Shown: in pieces, positions 44,222 through 57,533 of the stretch
Layout of the letters: every line of letters starts with the position of its first letter
Numbering within the stretch: position 1 is the first letter of the stretch
Assembly (NCBI RefSeq): GCF_009914755.1
Contig: NC_060927.1
DNA from: the human T2T-CHM13v2.0 reference genome, Homo sapiens
Direction: 5' to 3' (one strand)
Length of the DNA: 64,000 bases
Program-made: the position numbers and the translations under genes
The notes under the pieces: generated by a model
What the model was told of the DNA's origin: nothing
The model's input: only the letters and a program-made list of their open reading frames with translations
Database searches by the model: none

Positions 44222-44769
44222 GTGAGTAATACCTCTCATTTATGCTCCTTCAGTTTTCTTTTTTTAGTGGTAGCTTGAGGCTGGTTTCTTAGGTCTTAGG
44301 TGGGGAGAGAGCACAGTCACTTGGCTTCACCATCCATACATCCTGAAGGATTTCTTTAGGCAAATGATGCCTGGGTGATCAGTGAAGTTTCGGGCATGTT
44401 AAGTAAGATAGGCTGCCAGGAATTAGTAGACTGCTGCGTCTGTAGGAGGAAAAAGAGAGGTTTGAACCTTTTTCCTAGCCTCTTGTTGTAGGAGGGACAC
44501 AATGGTTGTAGATTTATCTGGGGTGCGTAGAAGGAATCTATTCTTGCTCCTAGGATAGGGACTTGAACAGTTTTCCCAGGCAACTGTGGTATAAATGAGA
44601 TCACATTGTGAATTTTTCTGAATCTTTTTTTCCATGTGGTGATGAAAAGTAAATCTAAGCTATGCATGTTATATTAAAGTACATACTTGTGAATATATGA
44701 TTTGTGAATTCACATATCAATATAAAATTGACATTTTGAAAAATGCGGTTAATAAATAGAGTGACAACA

Positions 44770-45010
44770 TGTAGTAGTAGAAAGAGCATTGGCCCTGGCT
44801 TTAGAATATTTGTGTAGATGTCCTGGCACTGCCACTTTGTTGCCGTGTGACCAAAGGCAAATTATTTAATCTTTTTGATCCTCTTTTTACTTAATGGAAA
44901 AGTGGGGATAATAATTCCTTGCTCTTTATTATATATTATTGTTGAGACAATAAAATGAAGTGATGGATGCAAAGCTGTTGTTATGGTAAAGCTCTTAAGA
45001 TTATTATGGC
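44770..45010 (+). mobile_element. MIR just upstream of exon 3
   Basis: gtgtgaccaaaggcaaattatttaatct...ggggataataat degenerate MIR core. Confidence 0.6.
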
Positions 45011-45068
45011 ATTTATTACTAACAAACCAAGACATTATTCATTCCTGTCCTCAATCTTTTTGTTCCAG

Positions 45069-45195
45069 TTGAGCATCATTTGGCATCGAACGTTCAGCGG
45101 AACCGTTTGGTCCAGCATGATCTCCAGGTGGCTAAGCAGCTCCAAGAGGAAGATCTGAAAGCGCAGGCCCAGCTCCAGAAGCGTTACAAAGACCT
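45069..45195 (+). CDS. CCDC50: CCDC50 exon 3 ([43 protein letters not shown]), 127 nt
   Basis: ttttttgttccag acceptor, CT|GTGAGG donor, open in the continuing frame. Confidence 0.96.
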
Positions 45196-46069
45196 GTGAG
45201 GATTTGGGAGGTGGGAGGGGTGATGCAAGACTGGTTTTCTCTGTGGAGCTAGCAACCAGGGCAGGGGAGAAGGAGACTACTTCTGTTCCTCTGATTCCTT
45301 CTACTGTTAGATTACAAATCTTACCCTGGATGTCTAACAGTTTTTTTGATTTGAAAATGTTTTGTTTTTGTTGGAGCACTTGACCAGGTTTAAGGACATG
45401 TTGATGATGGTGTGAATTTTAACATTTTTTAGCTGTTATGACCTTGGGCCAGTTAGTCAACTTCTCTGAATTTATTTTCCTTACCCATAACATGCGGATA
45501 ATAATCTCTGTCCCCTCTGCCTCATAGTTTCTTTGGGGGATCCAGTGAAATAGTGGACATCAAATAACTTTATGGGTTGTATTGGTTCCTTTACTATGTT
45601 CTAGCTGTGTTTGCCGCTCTTACTTTCCTTGCTTTTCAGTACATAGCAGAATGTTCTGAAAAGCTCTGAAGTGTAGACTCAGTTTTCTTCATAACTTCAG
45701 TGTCTGACAAAAGTTCTCTCTAGTAGCCTCCTTTAACACACAGATAAACGGAAATGATTATTTCTCAGGTTTCTTTTGGCACAGTGACTTTTATTCTGTT
45801 TCAGTGTTATAAAGCTCCCAGGATACATTTCTTCTTTGAGAGTGGCTCTTACATCCTAAATCTTTAATGTGGGTAGATTTAACCACAGATACTGTGTTGA
45901 GGAGGAAGGGGTAAAGGAAAAATGGAAGGAACCCCTTAATTTACTTCAGTGTCATATTCAGGTAAAAAGGAAAGCCAGTCATTTTTGCTAACTTATAGGA
46001 AGGGTTTGTCTTTCTGTTTATTATTTGTAGAGAGGACTTTATTAATCATTTTGTTAAGCTTCCCTTATT

Positions 46070-46830
46070 TTGTAAATAAACACTTTTATTGATTCATGCT
46101 AAATCTGGCACCATGAAAGGAGACCAGAGATATGAATAAGACAGCTGTTGCCTTTAAGGGCCTCAGGAAAACACCTTGAGCATTGTGTATCTAGAGATAC
46201 GTGCATGAGTCACAGAGAATTGAAATGTAAATTTCAGGCCTATTTAGAGAGAAGAGACTGGGAAAAGCTTCACAAGACGATGTGTTTAATCTGAAACTTG
46301 AAGGTTAATTAGAAGTTTATAGTGATGGGGAAAACCATTCTAGCCAGAAGGAGCAGCATGCATAAGGGCAGGAGGTAAGAGGACTTGGAATCTCACGTTA
46401 GCTGCAAGAAGTTCAGTGTTGCTGGAGTGGAGAGTGTATTTACAGGCAGAAGTAGGAAGTGAGGCCAGGAAAGTAGTCAAAAGCTGGATCAAAAGGGTCA
46501 CGATAAGTTATGTTAAAGATTTCAGGTTTTGTAGATTTTAAATTATAAGGAATGGAGAACCTTTGAAGTAGTTTCAGATTTTCATTTTGGGATCTATTCT
46601 GTAGACTAGGTGGGTAAAGGCTTGGAGTGGGCAAGATTTGAAGGCAGCTGTTGAGCAATGGTCAAATTAAGAGATGGTGAGGCTTGAATGAGGACAGTGG
46701 TGACAGAGAGGAAGGAGATGATGAGGCCTAAATTGAAGGTCATGGTAATGGAGATGTAAAGAGGAGGAGAGATATTTGAGATGTTATGAGGCTCAGTGTC
46801 ACAGGTTAAGGTGAGAACCAAAGCTAGAAT
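46070..46830 (-). mobile_element. L2 fragment
   Basis: Purine-rich L2 3' motifs (agagatggtgaggcttgaa, aggaatggagaacctttgaag). Confidence 0.6.
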
Positions 46831-48135
46831 GTTCTAGAGTTCTAATTTCATTGCCCTTTACATTATTCACAATTCTCTGTTAGAAAGGCCAGTTCTGAGG
46901 TTGATGCAGATGTTTAAAATCCTGAATTAGGTTAATAACAGTATAATGAGCTTTTTCAGAAATTATCAAGACAAACCACTCAAATATAAATCAGGAGTAG
47001 AGAGTGATATTTTATAGGTCCTAAAGGAGAGAAGAACCGGGTATTATATTTCTGCCTGAGACTTCAAGGTTTTGAAATTGTTCCTGGATGAAATAAGTAA
47101 GCTAGAAGGGAAGTCTTTCAGTTCACTCCCTGGCAATTTTAATAGCTGGACATCTTGGGAAGGATGAAATGCTGCAGTTTTCATTGAACTGGAACCTTTT
47201 ATTCAGTCTGGATACCCGGGCTGCCGTAAGTCAGGATTACCGCTTGTTTACTACTGCTTTCTCAGTTTCGCTTTCCCAGGAGTCTGTATAATTAGCTGAC
47301 TGAACCAGAGATGGTACTTCTTGGAAATATGGTTTGAAATCATTAAACTCAGATGAAGCTTCACTTATTTATTTTCTGTACCAGGAGATACATCTTCTGT
47401 GTCACTTGTGACCTTTAACACTTCATTTGGGTTTGCCTTCTCTACGGTGCTTCTACTTTCTTCCCACTTATTATCACATCCAATGTAGTTATTAGTCAAT
47501 TAATTCTATACAGATTTTACATTAATTTGGGAGGTTCAGGTAGAGGCTTGAATGAAGACAGAGGCTTTTGAAAACTAAGTCCGTGATTTTGTGTATGATT
47601 CTTAATTATTACAATGAGTGAAGGAAAAGAAGAAATATAAATAGCAATTGGTCTGAGTAGATTTTTGTTTATTTTCATTTCTTTGGTTTGAATAGATAAG
47701 AATACTATGATATTAGACCTGTAATGTGAAGTTACTAAGTGTACACTTTTTTATAGCTTATAACATGGCATGACAGAGAATGATTTGTGGTTATTAGTGG
47801 TAGAGGCAGGACCGTCAAACAGGCCCCAGTGGGGTGAAGTGATAGGTGGTATAGAAGAGGTGTGGAGTTTTCCATTGTTGGGTGTGATGATCAGATTCCA
47901 GTTCTACCACATATTTTCGTTGTGATCTTGAGAAAATGATGCAACTTCCCTGGACCTTAGTTTTCTCATCTGTAAATGTGACCGTGTCAGCCTCTTTGCA
48001 TCTTTATCTTGAAGATAAAGTGAGAAAAATAATGTACTTCTCATATAGTGAGTATTCAATAAATTGTATTTATTACTTTTAGGAAATACATTATTTTTTA
48101 TTTTCCTTATTCATGTTTTCACCTTTGCTTTTTAG

Positions 48136-48226
48136 TGAACAACAAGACTGTGAAATTGCTCAGGAAATTCAGGAGAAGCTGGCTATTGAGGCAGAGAGAC
48201 GACGCATTCAGGAGAAGAAGGATGAG
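48136..48226 (+). CDS. CCDC50: CCDC50 exon 4 ([31 protein letters not shown]), 91 nt
   Basis: ctttgctttttag acceptor, GAG|GTATAA donor, frame consistent. Confidence 0.96.
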
Positions 48227-48444
48227 GTATAACTTAGTTACTGCCCCTCTCCCTCATGGAGAAAGGGGTGCTCAGCTTTAGAGCAAAAACTTTCTGTAGG
48301 TCACGGGCTCAATGAAGGGTTTCTGAATGGGAAGCAGAATGCCTCTTATTTGGGCTGCATTTTCCTCTGTGGACCATGATTTATAGCCTCTTGATTATGT
48401 AAATGGTAAAAGTCTTGAGAGATAATGGATAATTTCACATATGA

Positions 48445-48878
48445 TGTGAGTTAGTTTCCTATGACTGCCGTTACAAATTACTCTGCAAACTTGGCTTAAC
48501 AGAAATTTATTGTCTTAGAGTTCTGGAGGCTAGAAGTCTAAAATCTGAAGTGTTGGCAGGGTCACGCTACCTCTTGGGAAGGATCCTTCCTTGCCTCTTC
48601 CTAGCTCCTGACTCCTGGCAATCTTTGGCATTCCTTGGCTTGTATCTGCATCACTTCAGTCTCTGCCTCCATTGTCACATGGCTTTATTCTCTGTCTGTA
48701 TCTTTGTGTCTTCTTGTCTTCCTGCAAGGACATCAGTCATTGAATTGAGGACTCACCCTAATCCAGTATGACCTCAGCTTAACTAATTACATCTGCAAAG
48801 ACTGTTTCCAAATAAGGTCACATTTTGAGGTTTGGATAGAAATGAATTTAGAGAGGGCACACTATTCAGCTTACTACA
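48445..48878 (-). mobile_element. MLT1B/C MaLR solo LTR
   Basis: agttctggaggctagaagtc...catctgcaaagactgtttccaaataaggtcacatt motifs. Confidence 0.8.
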
Positions 48879-49195
48879 AGGTGTCTGTCCCTGGGTTGTT
48901 CTTGCAGCATTAGAGAGAGCAGACTTTTGAGTGGGGCCTGCACAGGAGCCAGGGAGTAGTCCTTGGGAGAGGCCAGGAGCAGGCATTGCTCTCGTTCTTT
49001 CTCTTTTTCTTAAAGGTTTCCCTTTCCTCTGATCTGTTGGTTAAAAAAAACTAATCAGTTTGATTCTGTATATATTTTTAAGTCATAGTGTTTTTAAGGC
49101 TGAAAATGACTAAAATTACTAATAGTGTTTGGTTTGTGAGAAGACTTGAATTTACCATCAGCTATTATTTCCTTTTGTGTTATTATTTTCAGCCC

Positions 49196-49490
49196 TTTTT
49201 TTAAATTATTTTTTGACAGTGTTTTGCTCCATCACCCAGGGTGGAGTGCAGTGGTGTGATCTTACTGCAATCTCCGCCTCCCAGGCTTAAGTGATCCTCT
49301 CTGCCTCTTGAGTAGCTGGGACTACAGGCACACGCGCCCACACTTGGCTAATATTTAAACATTTTTTTTTTTGTAGAGACGAGGTCTCACTATGTTGCCC
49401 AGGCTGGTTTCAAACTCCTGTGCTCAAGCTGTCTTCCTGCCTCAGCCTCCCAAAGCACTGGAATTACTGGCATGAGCCCCTGTGCCCAGC
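49196..49490 (-). mobile_element. AluJ
   Basis: Degenerate Alu with AluJ features. Confidence 0.85.
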
Positions 49491-51139
49491 TTAGTTTCAG
49501 CACTTCTTATGAACAATTTATTTCATTTTACATCATTTCTATGCTACCCTGCTTTCACACCTGTTATGCTGTACTTGGTCACTGTCTTGATTTATAATAG
49601 AGAAGCAAATGATTTATTATTTTTAATAGTTGGATAACAATATGGTTTGTTAAGCACCCAGAAACACTTTCGAGGGTTATAAGCATGGTGTTAATTACAT
49701 AAACTGAAACTACACTGGGCAAACTGGCACTTATGATCATCATGTTAAATAGATATGATCAGGGTCATCAGTAAACAGCCTACATACACTGCTACTCCTA
49801 CTGAGCCACTCTTGTTCCTGTAAGACTTCTGTTCAATGCCAGATGAATGTGAAACACCTGGTATGAGTGTATTGAGTTGTTTCTTCAAGAAACAAATCAT
49901 GATCATGTGATAATCAGAGCTGCAAGTAAAAATTAGGGATTATTTTTGATACTTCCTGTAATACACAGGAGGCGCTTTCTTAGTATTTAATGTGTTGCCT
50001 TTTTATAGTGAAGACTTTGCTTTGGGGATGACACTGGGAACTAAAAGAAGTGATTATATTTTGTAGACAGGAAAGCTTCTATTTAAAAAATACCAGAGTA
50101 GTGAAGTTGGCTTCTTATAAATGCTACTGCTGTCCTGTGGGGGTTTTTTTTTTCTCCGTTTAGAGAAAAACAGGATAGAAAGAGAAAATAAAACACTTTA
50201 TTTTAATTATGTAGAATCTAAATAGTAATCATAGTAAGTAATCTCATGGTAATACTATATAAAATTAGCAGTTTAGTGATTAACTCCATTTTTCGGATGT
50301 AGAAATTAAGTATTAAAGAAGTAAGTGACTGATTCCAAGTTATAAAATGCTAGAGAAATGTCTGTACAATTCAGGTCTCCTGACTGCTTCTGACTTAGAC
50401 ATACTGTGGTATACATGAAACATGTGGACTTTGGAGTTACACTCACCTGGGTTTGAATTTTAGCTCATTAACTATTTAGCTTTGTGATTTTCAGCACCGC
50501 CCTTAACCACGCAGAACCTCAGGTTCCGAAATGGGTTGAGTCATAGTAGTTGTGCATACCCTAAAGGGCTGTTGTGAGGTAAATGAGATCAGGTACTTGG
50601 GGCACCTGGTACATGTTAAATTTATAATTGCCCTTTCCTTGATTTCTGTTATAGAGAGATATGTGCTGCCTAGGGCAAAATTAAACAGGCTTAAGTGTGT
50701 TTCAGTATGGTGTGATTTGAGAGGTCCTCAAGCGTTTACACACGTGTCATTACAGGTCTCCCCCTAGCTTGCCCTCAGTAGAGTGGAAAAGTTAAATGAG
50801 AAATCCAGTTGTATAGGTGTGTTGACCAGACAAGCCTATATAAACTTCATTCAGACTTTTTGACTTTTCAACTCATGCCTCAGATGAGAAGATGGCTACT
50901 GTGCCAAGGTAGAAAAATGTGACTCTCAGCTGTCTAGTATGTTGTCAATATTAAATGAAGAAAATTTGCGTGAGTAAAGTTTGTCATTGAGGGATATATG
51001 AAAATGCTTATTTATTTTAGTCTGTTGGTAACAGGGTGCCTGAAAGGGAGAGGAAACTAATACTGAGACAGTAGTGCTAACTCTTCCGGCCAATTTTTGA
51101 AAAAGAATTGCTTGTGACTAATGAACTCTCTTAGTTCTT

Positions 51140-51433
<294 letters not shown>

Positions 51434-52940
51434 TCCTTTTTTTTTTTTTCCCCTTCCCCCTCAATGCTCTTCTGCTTCCCTGTAGAGTCTACTTGGTTAA
51501 TAAGGACTTAGCAGCAGCAGGGCTGTGGAAAATCTCTCTCTGGGTTTCCACCCAAATCTCTTTAAGAGATTTTTGGGGTCAATTTTCCTGGTTAGTTACC
51601 ACCCCATAAAATACCAGATATAGAGACTGAGAACCCTTTTCTCTTGGAACAGAGATTTTTTTTTTTTTAATTTTTTCTGAACAACATTGTGTGTCAGATG
51701 TGGTGGAGTTATACAACCTTGCGTGTATAAATTAGCAGTTCTAGCTTTGTCATGGTATAATTTTATTATGTTTGTTAACAAAGCACAGATGTAAGGAAAG
51801 TAGCATTTCCATGCAGGACACAGATGTGGAAAAGTTGAAAAAAAAATTTTTTTTTCGGTCTTTCTAGCTTTGAGAACTCCTCACCTTCCCTCCCTTCATT
51901 CCTCTTCTTCACTTTCTTGCTCTCTCACTCTGTCTTGCTCTTCTGTCTCTGTTTATTTTTAACTCTTTTACATAGTTTCTCGAATATGGTAGTTCTCCCT
52001 AGGCTCCCTGTTGGAAGGAGCTTGTAGACTTTGGGTATACTGGACTCTGTGAATTAGTGGTTAATAAAAATGGGTTAAGGTTAATCAGTTAATTTAACTT
52101 AGTTATTCTTAAATAAAACTCTAAAAGTGTGTGTGTACTTATGTGCATGACTAGATGTGTGTGTGTGTGTGTGTTTAAACCTAGGTTTAAAATATATGTG
52201 AATGTGCAACTATTTTAAGGAAAAACTTTTTTTTTTCCTTAAATAAATATTAGCATGGCCAAACATGTCATGAAAAGTTTGTGGCACTAGTTTAACAATT
52301 TGAAGCCCTTTATAGTATAAACTGCTCAGGGATAAACCTAGTAACCAATTCACATTGAAAAAATGAATCTAGTATGAGCCATGGTACTTACACATAGCAC
52401 TCTTAAAAAAGATTAGAATTTCATGTTCTAAAAGAATATTTACACATTCTTTGGTAATATTTAGAGGCTAGATCAAACAGTAATACCGTTTAGCTATTAA
52501 AAATTTTCCTGTGTTTTAAGTATTATAAATATGACTAGAAAGGGAGATGGGAGGCTTCTTGTTGAAGTCTTCCTCTCTTCTTACACTATTATACTGATGT
52601 TTTTACATCCATAGAATTGGTATTTTCCTGTTTTATCAAACAAACCTTTTGGATTTATACCTGCCTTGACATCCCTGCCGAGTTAGATGTTAATATGTTA
52701 ATTGCTAGTTAATAGAGAAGTTTAGCAGTTAAATGGAACGATTTTTTTCTCTGACAGTCATTTGACAGTCACATTTTAAAATCACCTTTTGATTGTTTTT
52801 AAACTCCAGATTTCCTCTTTTTGAAACTCATTGCCATTGGAGGATAGAGGTGAAACGCTGAGAAGTAACTCTCTATCCCTTATACATTTATATGATATAA
52901 CCCTCCATCCCTTATATATTTAAATGATATAAATCATATA

Positions 52941-53077
52941 CAGATTGAGCATCCAAAAATCCAAAATCCAAAATGTTCCAATGAGCATTTTCTTTGAGCA
53001 TCATGTCTATGCTTCAGAAAGTTTCAGATTTTGGAGGATTTCAGATTTCGGATTTTTGGATTGGGATGCTCAACCTG
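52941..53077. mobile_element. Tigger4/MER46-like palindromic MITE
   Basis: TA-cagattgagcatcc...ggatgctcaacctg-TA terminal inverted repeats. Confidence 0.78.
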
Positions 53078-54421
53078 TAAATGACAGAAATACCCTAAGG
53101 AAGCCAACACCATGTTTCAGTTACTTGTCATCTACTTGGGAAAGATGTGTGGGGATCCTCTGGGTGCCACTGCACCTTGTTTATATTAATGCTTCTCATA
53201 GAGCCATGTTTTCATTTCTTACATTATGCTAATTGTTTTACTAAAAGCAAGATAAGAACGTTAATGATATTTATCAATCCCCTACTGCTCATAGCACTAT
53301 TCTTTAAAGCTAAAGAATTTGACACAGGGCACACGTCTGGCCCACTGAAGGGAATCACTAAATCTATGTTTTCATTAAAATTACCTTTCTCTAGTATACT
53401 AGAGATCCTTAACTGTTTCCTTCCTTATGGTTATGGTTTCAAATTTTCCAGAGTTGGGTGAGCTTGGATAACAGAAGGGAAAGGTGAGATACAATGGTAA
53501 ACTCCCATTTCAATTAATGTATTTATTAGGAAGTCTTCTGTGGAACAGGTTTGTTTTTACATATTAGCCCAGAAGTCTATCTCATTAATTAAAATGTAAT
53601 TAAAAATGACTTTAAAAGAGCTTAAGAGTTCATTTAGATTTGTTTTCCCAAGTTATGTAGAACATTAATTACCTGAGTTTTTTTAAAAAGTGAACAGAAG
53701 CTTCTGTCATAAATTTGGAAAATTATAGGTTACTGGAAGATAACAGGTTTTTTTTTTTCTTTTAAAGTTTTAAAATGTGCTAATATGCATCTTAAAGAGT
53801 TATATATGCTGCATGCTTTCTATTGAAAGGTGTGTTTTTTTTGGATAAAGTTTTGAGGCCAGTGTTCTCAGGAAGAGGCTTGGGAAGTGCTGTTCTAGAC
53901 TTATCATTAACAGGAAGGAAGCTGAGGACCAAGGAGATTGTTTATATCAAAGGTGACTAAGCTGGTTAGCTACATCCAAGTACTGTGACTGATAATTGCC
54001 ATCGTCAGCTTGTTTCAGGGGGATTTACTTTACACTGAAATTATCTGACAAAACTCATTGCATAGTAATGTTGGAAAGCTGGGAGGAGAACGGACTTGTG
54101 CTAAACCTCAGCTATAATATAGTGGCAGTTTTCCATTGAATTTTTGTCCTTTCTTTCCTCAAGCCTAGTAGACCTTTTCTTTCAAAAAAGAGCTGAGAGC
54201 TTAGAAGAGCAAAAAGGTTTGGGTGCTAAGGTGCATGACATGTTATGATTATTATTATTTTTTTACTTGATTAAAAGCACTTTCTTTGACTAGCTAATGC
54301 ATTACAAAGAAGGGCTGTAATTCTTTTTTCTCTCCTGGTTCTTTACACTGAGAGAGTGGCGTATTCCTATGCTTCCATTAGGACTAAATTCAGTAGCAAG
54401 AGGGCAGTTATAAGCAATTCT

Positions 54422-55333
54422 ATGAATAGGACTCTGAATTTTTAAGACTTTGATGGAAAAACTATCCCCTAAATCTCAATGTTAAAATGCATCTCTCTTT
54501 TCTCCAAATGTTAAAATTAATCTCTTTTCTCCGAATGTTAAAATGAATCTCTTTTCTCCTACAGTTCAAGTTAGACACGGTTTTAAGAGACACTGGGAAA
54601 GAAATAGTTACTACTAATACCAATTTTGGGGAGAACTTCAATTCTTTATCTGTACAATGGAAAGTCTGAACTAATCAATCTTAAAGCCAAATGTCTTTGA
54701 CTACTTAATTTATCATTTTAATAAAGCCGTGTCTACCAGGTCTGTGGAGCATAGTTCATAATTTCTTCTGGAAGTTGGACCTGATAATTTTCCTTTATAT
54801 TTTTTCCTCAGTTATAGCAGGGGAAATATTTGTTTACTGTAAAGCAAACCACGTAGGAAAATACAGTTTTGGTTGCTTAGTAAACATACAGTTCAAGGAA
54901 ATGTTTACATTTCTTTCTACTTCTGTAGTAAACATTATAGAAATTTGGAAAATTCTTCTGTAACAAATAATAGTTTTTTGGAGAATAGGCTATCTGTCCC
55001 ATTCCTCTCTTCCTGATTGATAGATTACTTTGTAAGATATTAAAGCTAAAGAATCTGGCACAGGGATTGGCACCTGGTAGACACATTTGTTGAAATGATA
55101 CATTAAGGAGTCAAAGACATTTGGCTTTTTTTTTAAGATTGAATAGTTCAAACTTTCCATTGTACAGATAAAGAATTGAAGTTCCCCCCAAATTTATATC
55201 AGTAGTGACTATTTCTCTCCCAATGTCTCTTTAAACCATGTCTGACTTGAACTGGAAAAGAGATTAATTTTAACTTTCAGATTTAGGAGATAGTTTTTCC
55301 ATCAAAGTCTTAGAAACTCAGAGTTCTATTCAT
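54422..55333. repeat. Long inverted repeat: arms 54422-54741 and 55072-55333, 330-bp spacer
   Basis: Arms are reverse complements (~88-90% by eye) with a 33-nt perfect core, 54633-54665 vs 55152-55184. Confidence 0.93.
54478..54559 (+). repeat. 3 tandem copies of a ~27-bp unit (aatgttaaaatNaatctcttttctcc)
   Basis: Units at 54478, 54506 and 54533. Confidence 0.92.
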
Positions 55334-56988
55334 GAAAAGTATACTTATGTTAAGTAGGATTATGATATCTTTTACCTCTCCCTCTGAGTTGCATCATTTT
55401 GTGAGTGCTCACTTAAGTGTCTGAAACTATTGCATGGACATTTACATAGATTACTTATCAAAAAAATACGTATATATGTGTCAGTTAAAAGTGTATTAAT
55501 GGTGTATTTTAAGTTTGTATTTGGCATAAAGTCAGATTTGTAAGGCTATTTGGATGAATAGTAAAAAACAGCTGAGGATATGGATAAATATTGCTAATTT
55601 ACCTAGAATGAGCATCCAGCTTGTTTCTGCATAGATGTGAAAAAAATTAATTCACTTAAATTTTCTTTTGAAATTTATATTGCCATCTGAGGGTATTCTT
55701 CATTCGCACCTATTCATAAAATTTGAAGAATAGTAATTCTTTAAATTTATAACATTAACATTTAATATTTCTTGTATTCCTTATGAACGATAAATATAAA
55801 GAAGTAAGTACCTCAAATTACCAATGATTGTTATTACCATTTGTACCAGTGAGTATTATTCCCATATTTGTATGAGCCTTTAAGAATCTGATGATAGCTA
55901 TTGACTTCTCTCCTTAAAAGTGTGCATGAACATATAAGTTTACAGGCTATTTTATGGGGCTTTCATAGAAGTAATCTTCAGATTCAGAACATTGTCACTC
56001 TGCAGCTCAAAACCTTTAGTAATCCTCCATCCCCTTATTTTAACAGACTCCAGACTTCTTAAGATTGTCTAAAAGGAGTTCCTGTGATCCAGCCTTAGAC
56101 TGTTTTTCTAGCCTCAGCTTTTTCTACAACATTCCGTATCTCATGTTCTAATTTAACCTTAGATAGGTGCCCATTAAAATGTTCATAACTCTGCTGATGT
56201 TTTTTCAACTTTGCCTGTCGGAATTCAGTTCTTTGTTCAAAGCCTAACACAACGCAAAATCTTGTACTAATTCCTTTAAGCAAAAATAGTATTCCCTCTT
56301 TTGTACTCCCGTGGAAATTTTTTTGAGGCATTTACAATTTAATTTTATTGTAGTTACTTTTTTTTTTGAAAAGTTTCTATGAAACTTTTGTGTTCATAAA
56401 GGGATGATAATCTTTTAGGAAACATTATGGAATGTTATTCATCATTCTGTCCCTCACAGTGCCTCTCACTTAATGACTGCTAAAAATTTGCCTGGGGATG
56501 AACAGGTGGGAGACAGAAGGAAGATTGTTTTCTCTTTTTCGGTTAAGACAGTGGTATTCTAATGCAAAGCTAAATCAAAATCTCCATAAGAATTCTTTTC
56601 AAAAGTTTTTAAATTATAAAGTTTTGTAGATTACTACATCCTGCCCAATCTAGATTTATTGAATCATCAGTTTGGAAAGAGGGCCCACAAATACATATTT
56701 TTAAAATTCTGTTGTGTAAACTGCTTTAGGAAGTACTGAGTTTTGAATGTCTTCCATATTGTGGTGGATTTAAATCTCAATTAAAAAAGCCTGTCTCACT
56801 TATCTAGATCATGTGCTACTCCTGTTGAGCAATCATCTGGCATTTGAAGACATGAAATTAATGCCAGAAAGTCTAGAGAGCCATGGACAGAGCACATACA
56901 AACTTGGCAGTGGAATGTCAAGCCCCACCATATGGAGTTTGTTTGTTCTTTGGTAATGTGTATTTCCATTCTCCTCTTGTCTTTGCAG

Positions 56989-57106
56989 GACATAGCTCGC
57001 CTTTTGCAAGAAAAGGAGTTACAGGAAGAGAAAAAGAGAAAGAAACACTTTCCAGAGTTCCCTGCAACCCGTGCTTATGCAGATAGTTACTATTATGAAG
57101 ATGGAG
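56989..57106 (+). CDS. CCDC50: CCDC50 exon 5 ([40 protein letters not shown]), 118 nt
   Basis: ctcttgtctttgcag acceptor, GAG|GTAACA donor; lies within ORF 56932..57168; contains the YYYED tyrosine cluster (Y144-146). Confidence 0.96.
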
Positions 57107-57275
57107 GTAACAATTCCTGCATCATGATCTATTCTATCCTTAGACTCAACCATAAAACACTCCTTTAATTTTGTTCATAAAGTGACCTTAGGGACCTGGG
57201 ACTGTTTCTCTTATCCCCAGGCACTGGGTACATTTAGATGTGTGGCAGGATTCTATTTGAATCTAATAAATTCAT

Positions 57276-57533
57276 GTTTTGTTTTGTTTTGTTTTTATTA
57301 TACTTTAAGTTTTAGGGTACATGTGCACAACGTGCAGGTTTGTTACATATAGATACATGTGCCATGTTGGTGTGCTGCACCCATTAACTCGTCATTTAAC
57401 ATTAGGTATATCGCCTAATGCTATCCCTCCCCCCTCCCCCCACCCCACAACAGGCCCCGGTGTGTGATGTTTGCCTTCCTGTATCCATGTGTTCTCATTG
57501 TTCAATTCCCACCTGTGAGTGAGAACATGCGGT
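57276..57533 (-). mobile_element. Young L1PA (about PA3-5) 3' end, heavily 5'-truncated
   Basis: ttattatactttaagttttagggtacatgtgcacaacgtgcagg...gagaacatgcggt canonical L1PA 3'UTR. Confidence 0.92.

Noticed and set aside
45035-45379. 114-aa antisense ORF over exon 3
   Set aside because: Shadow of the coding exon; no independent support
52941-53077. Hairpin that might be a pre-miRNA
   Set aside because: Explained by the terminal inverted repeats of a Tigger-derived MITE
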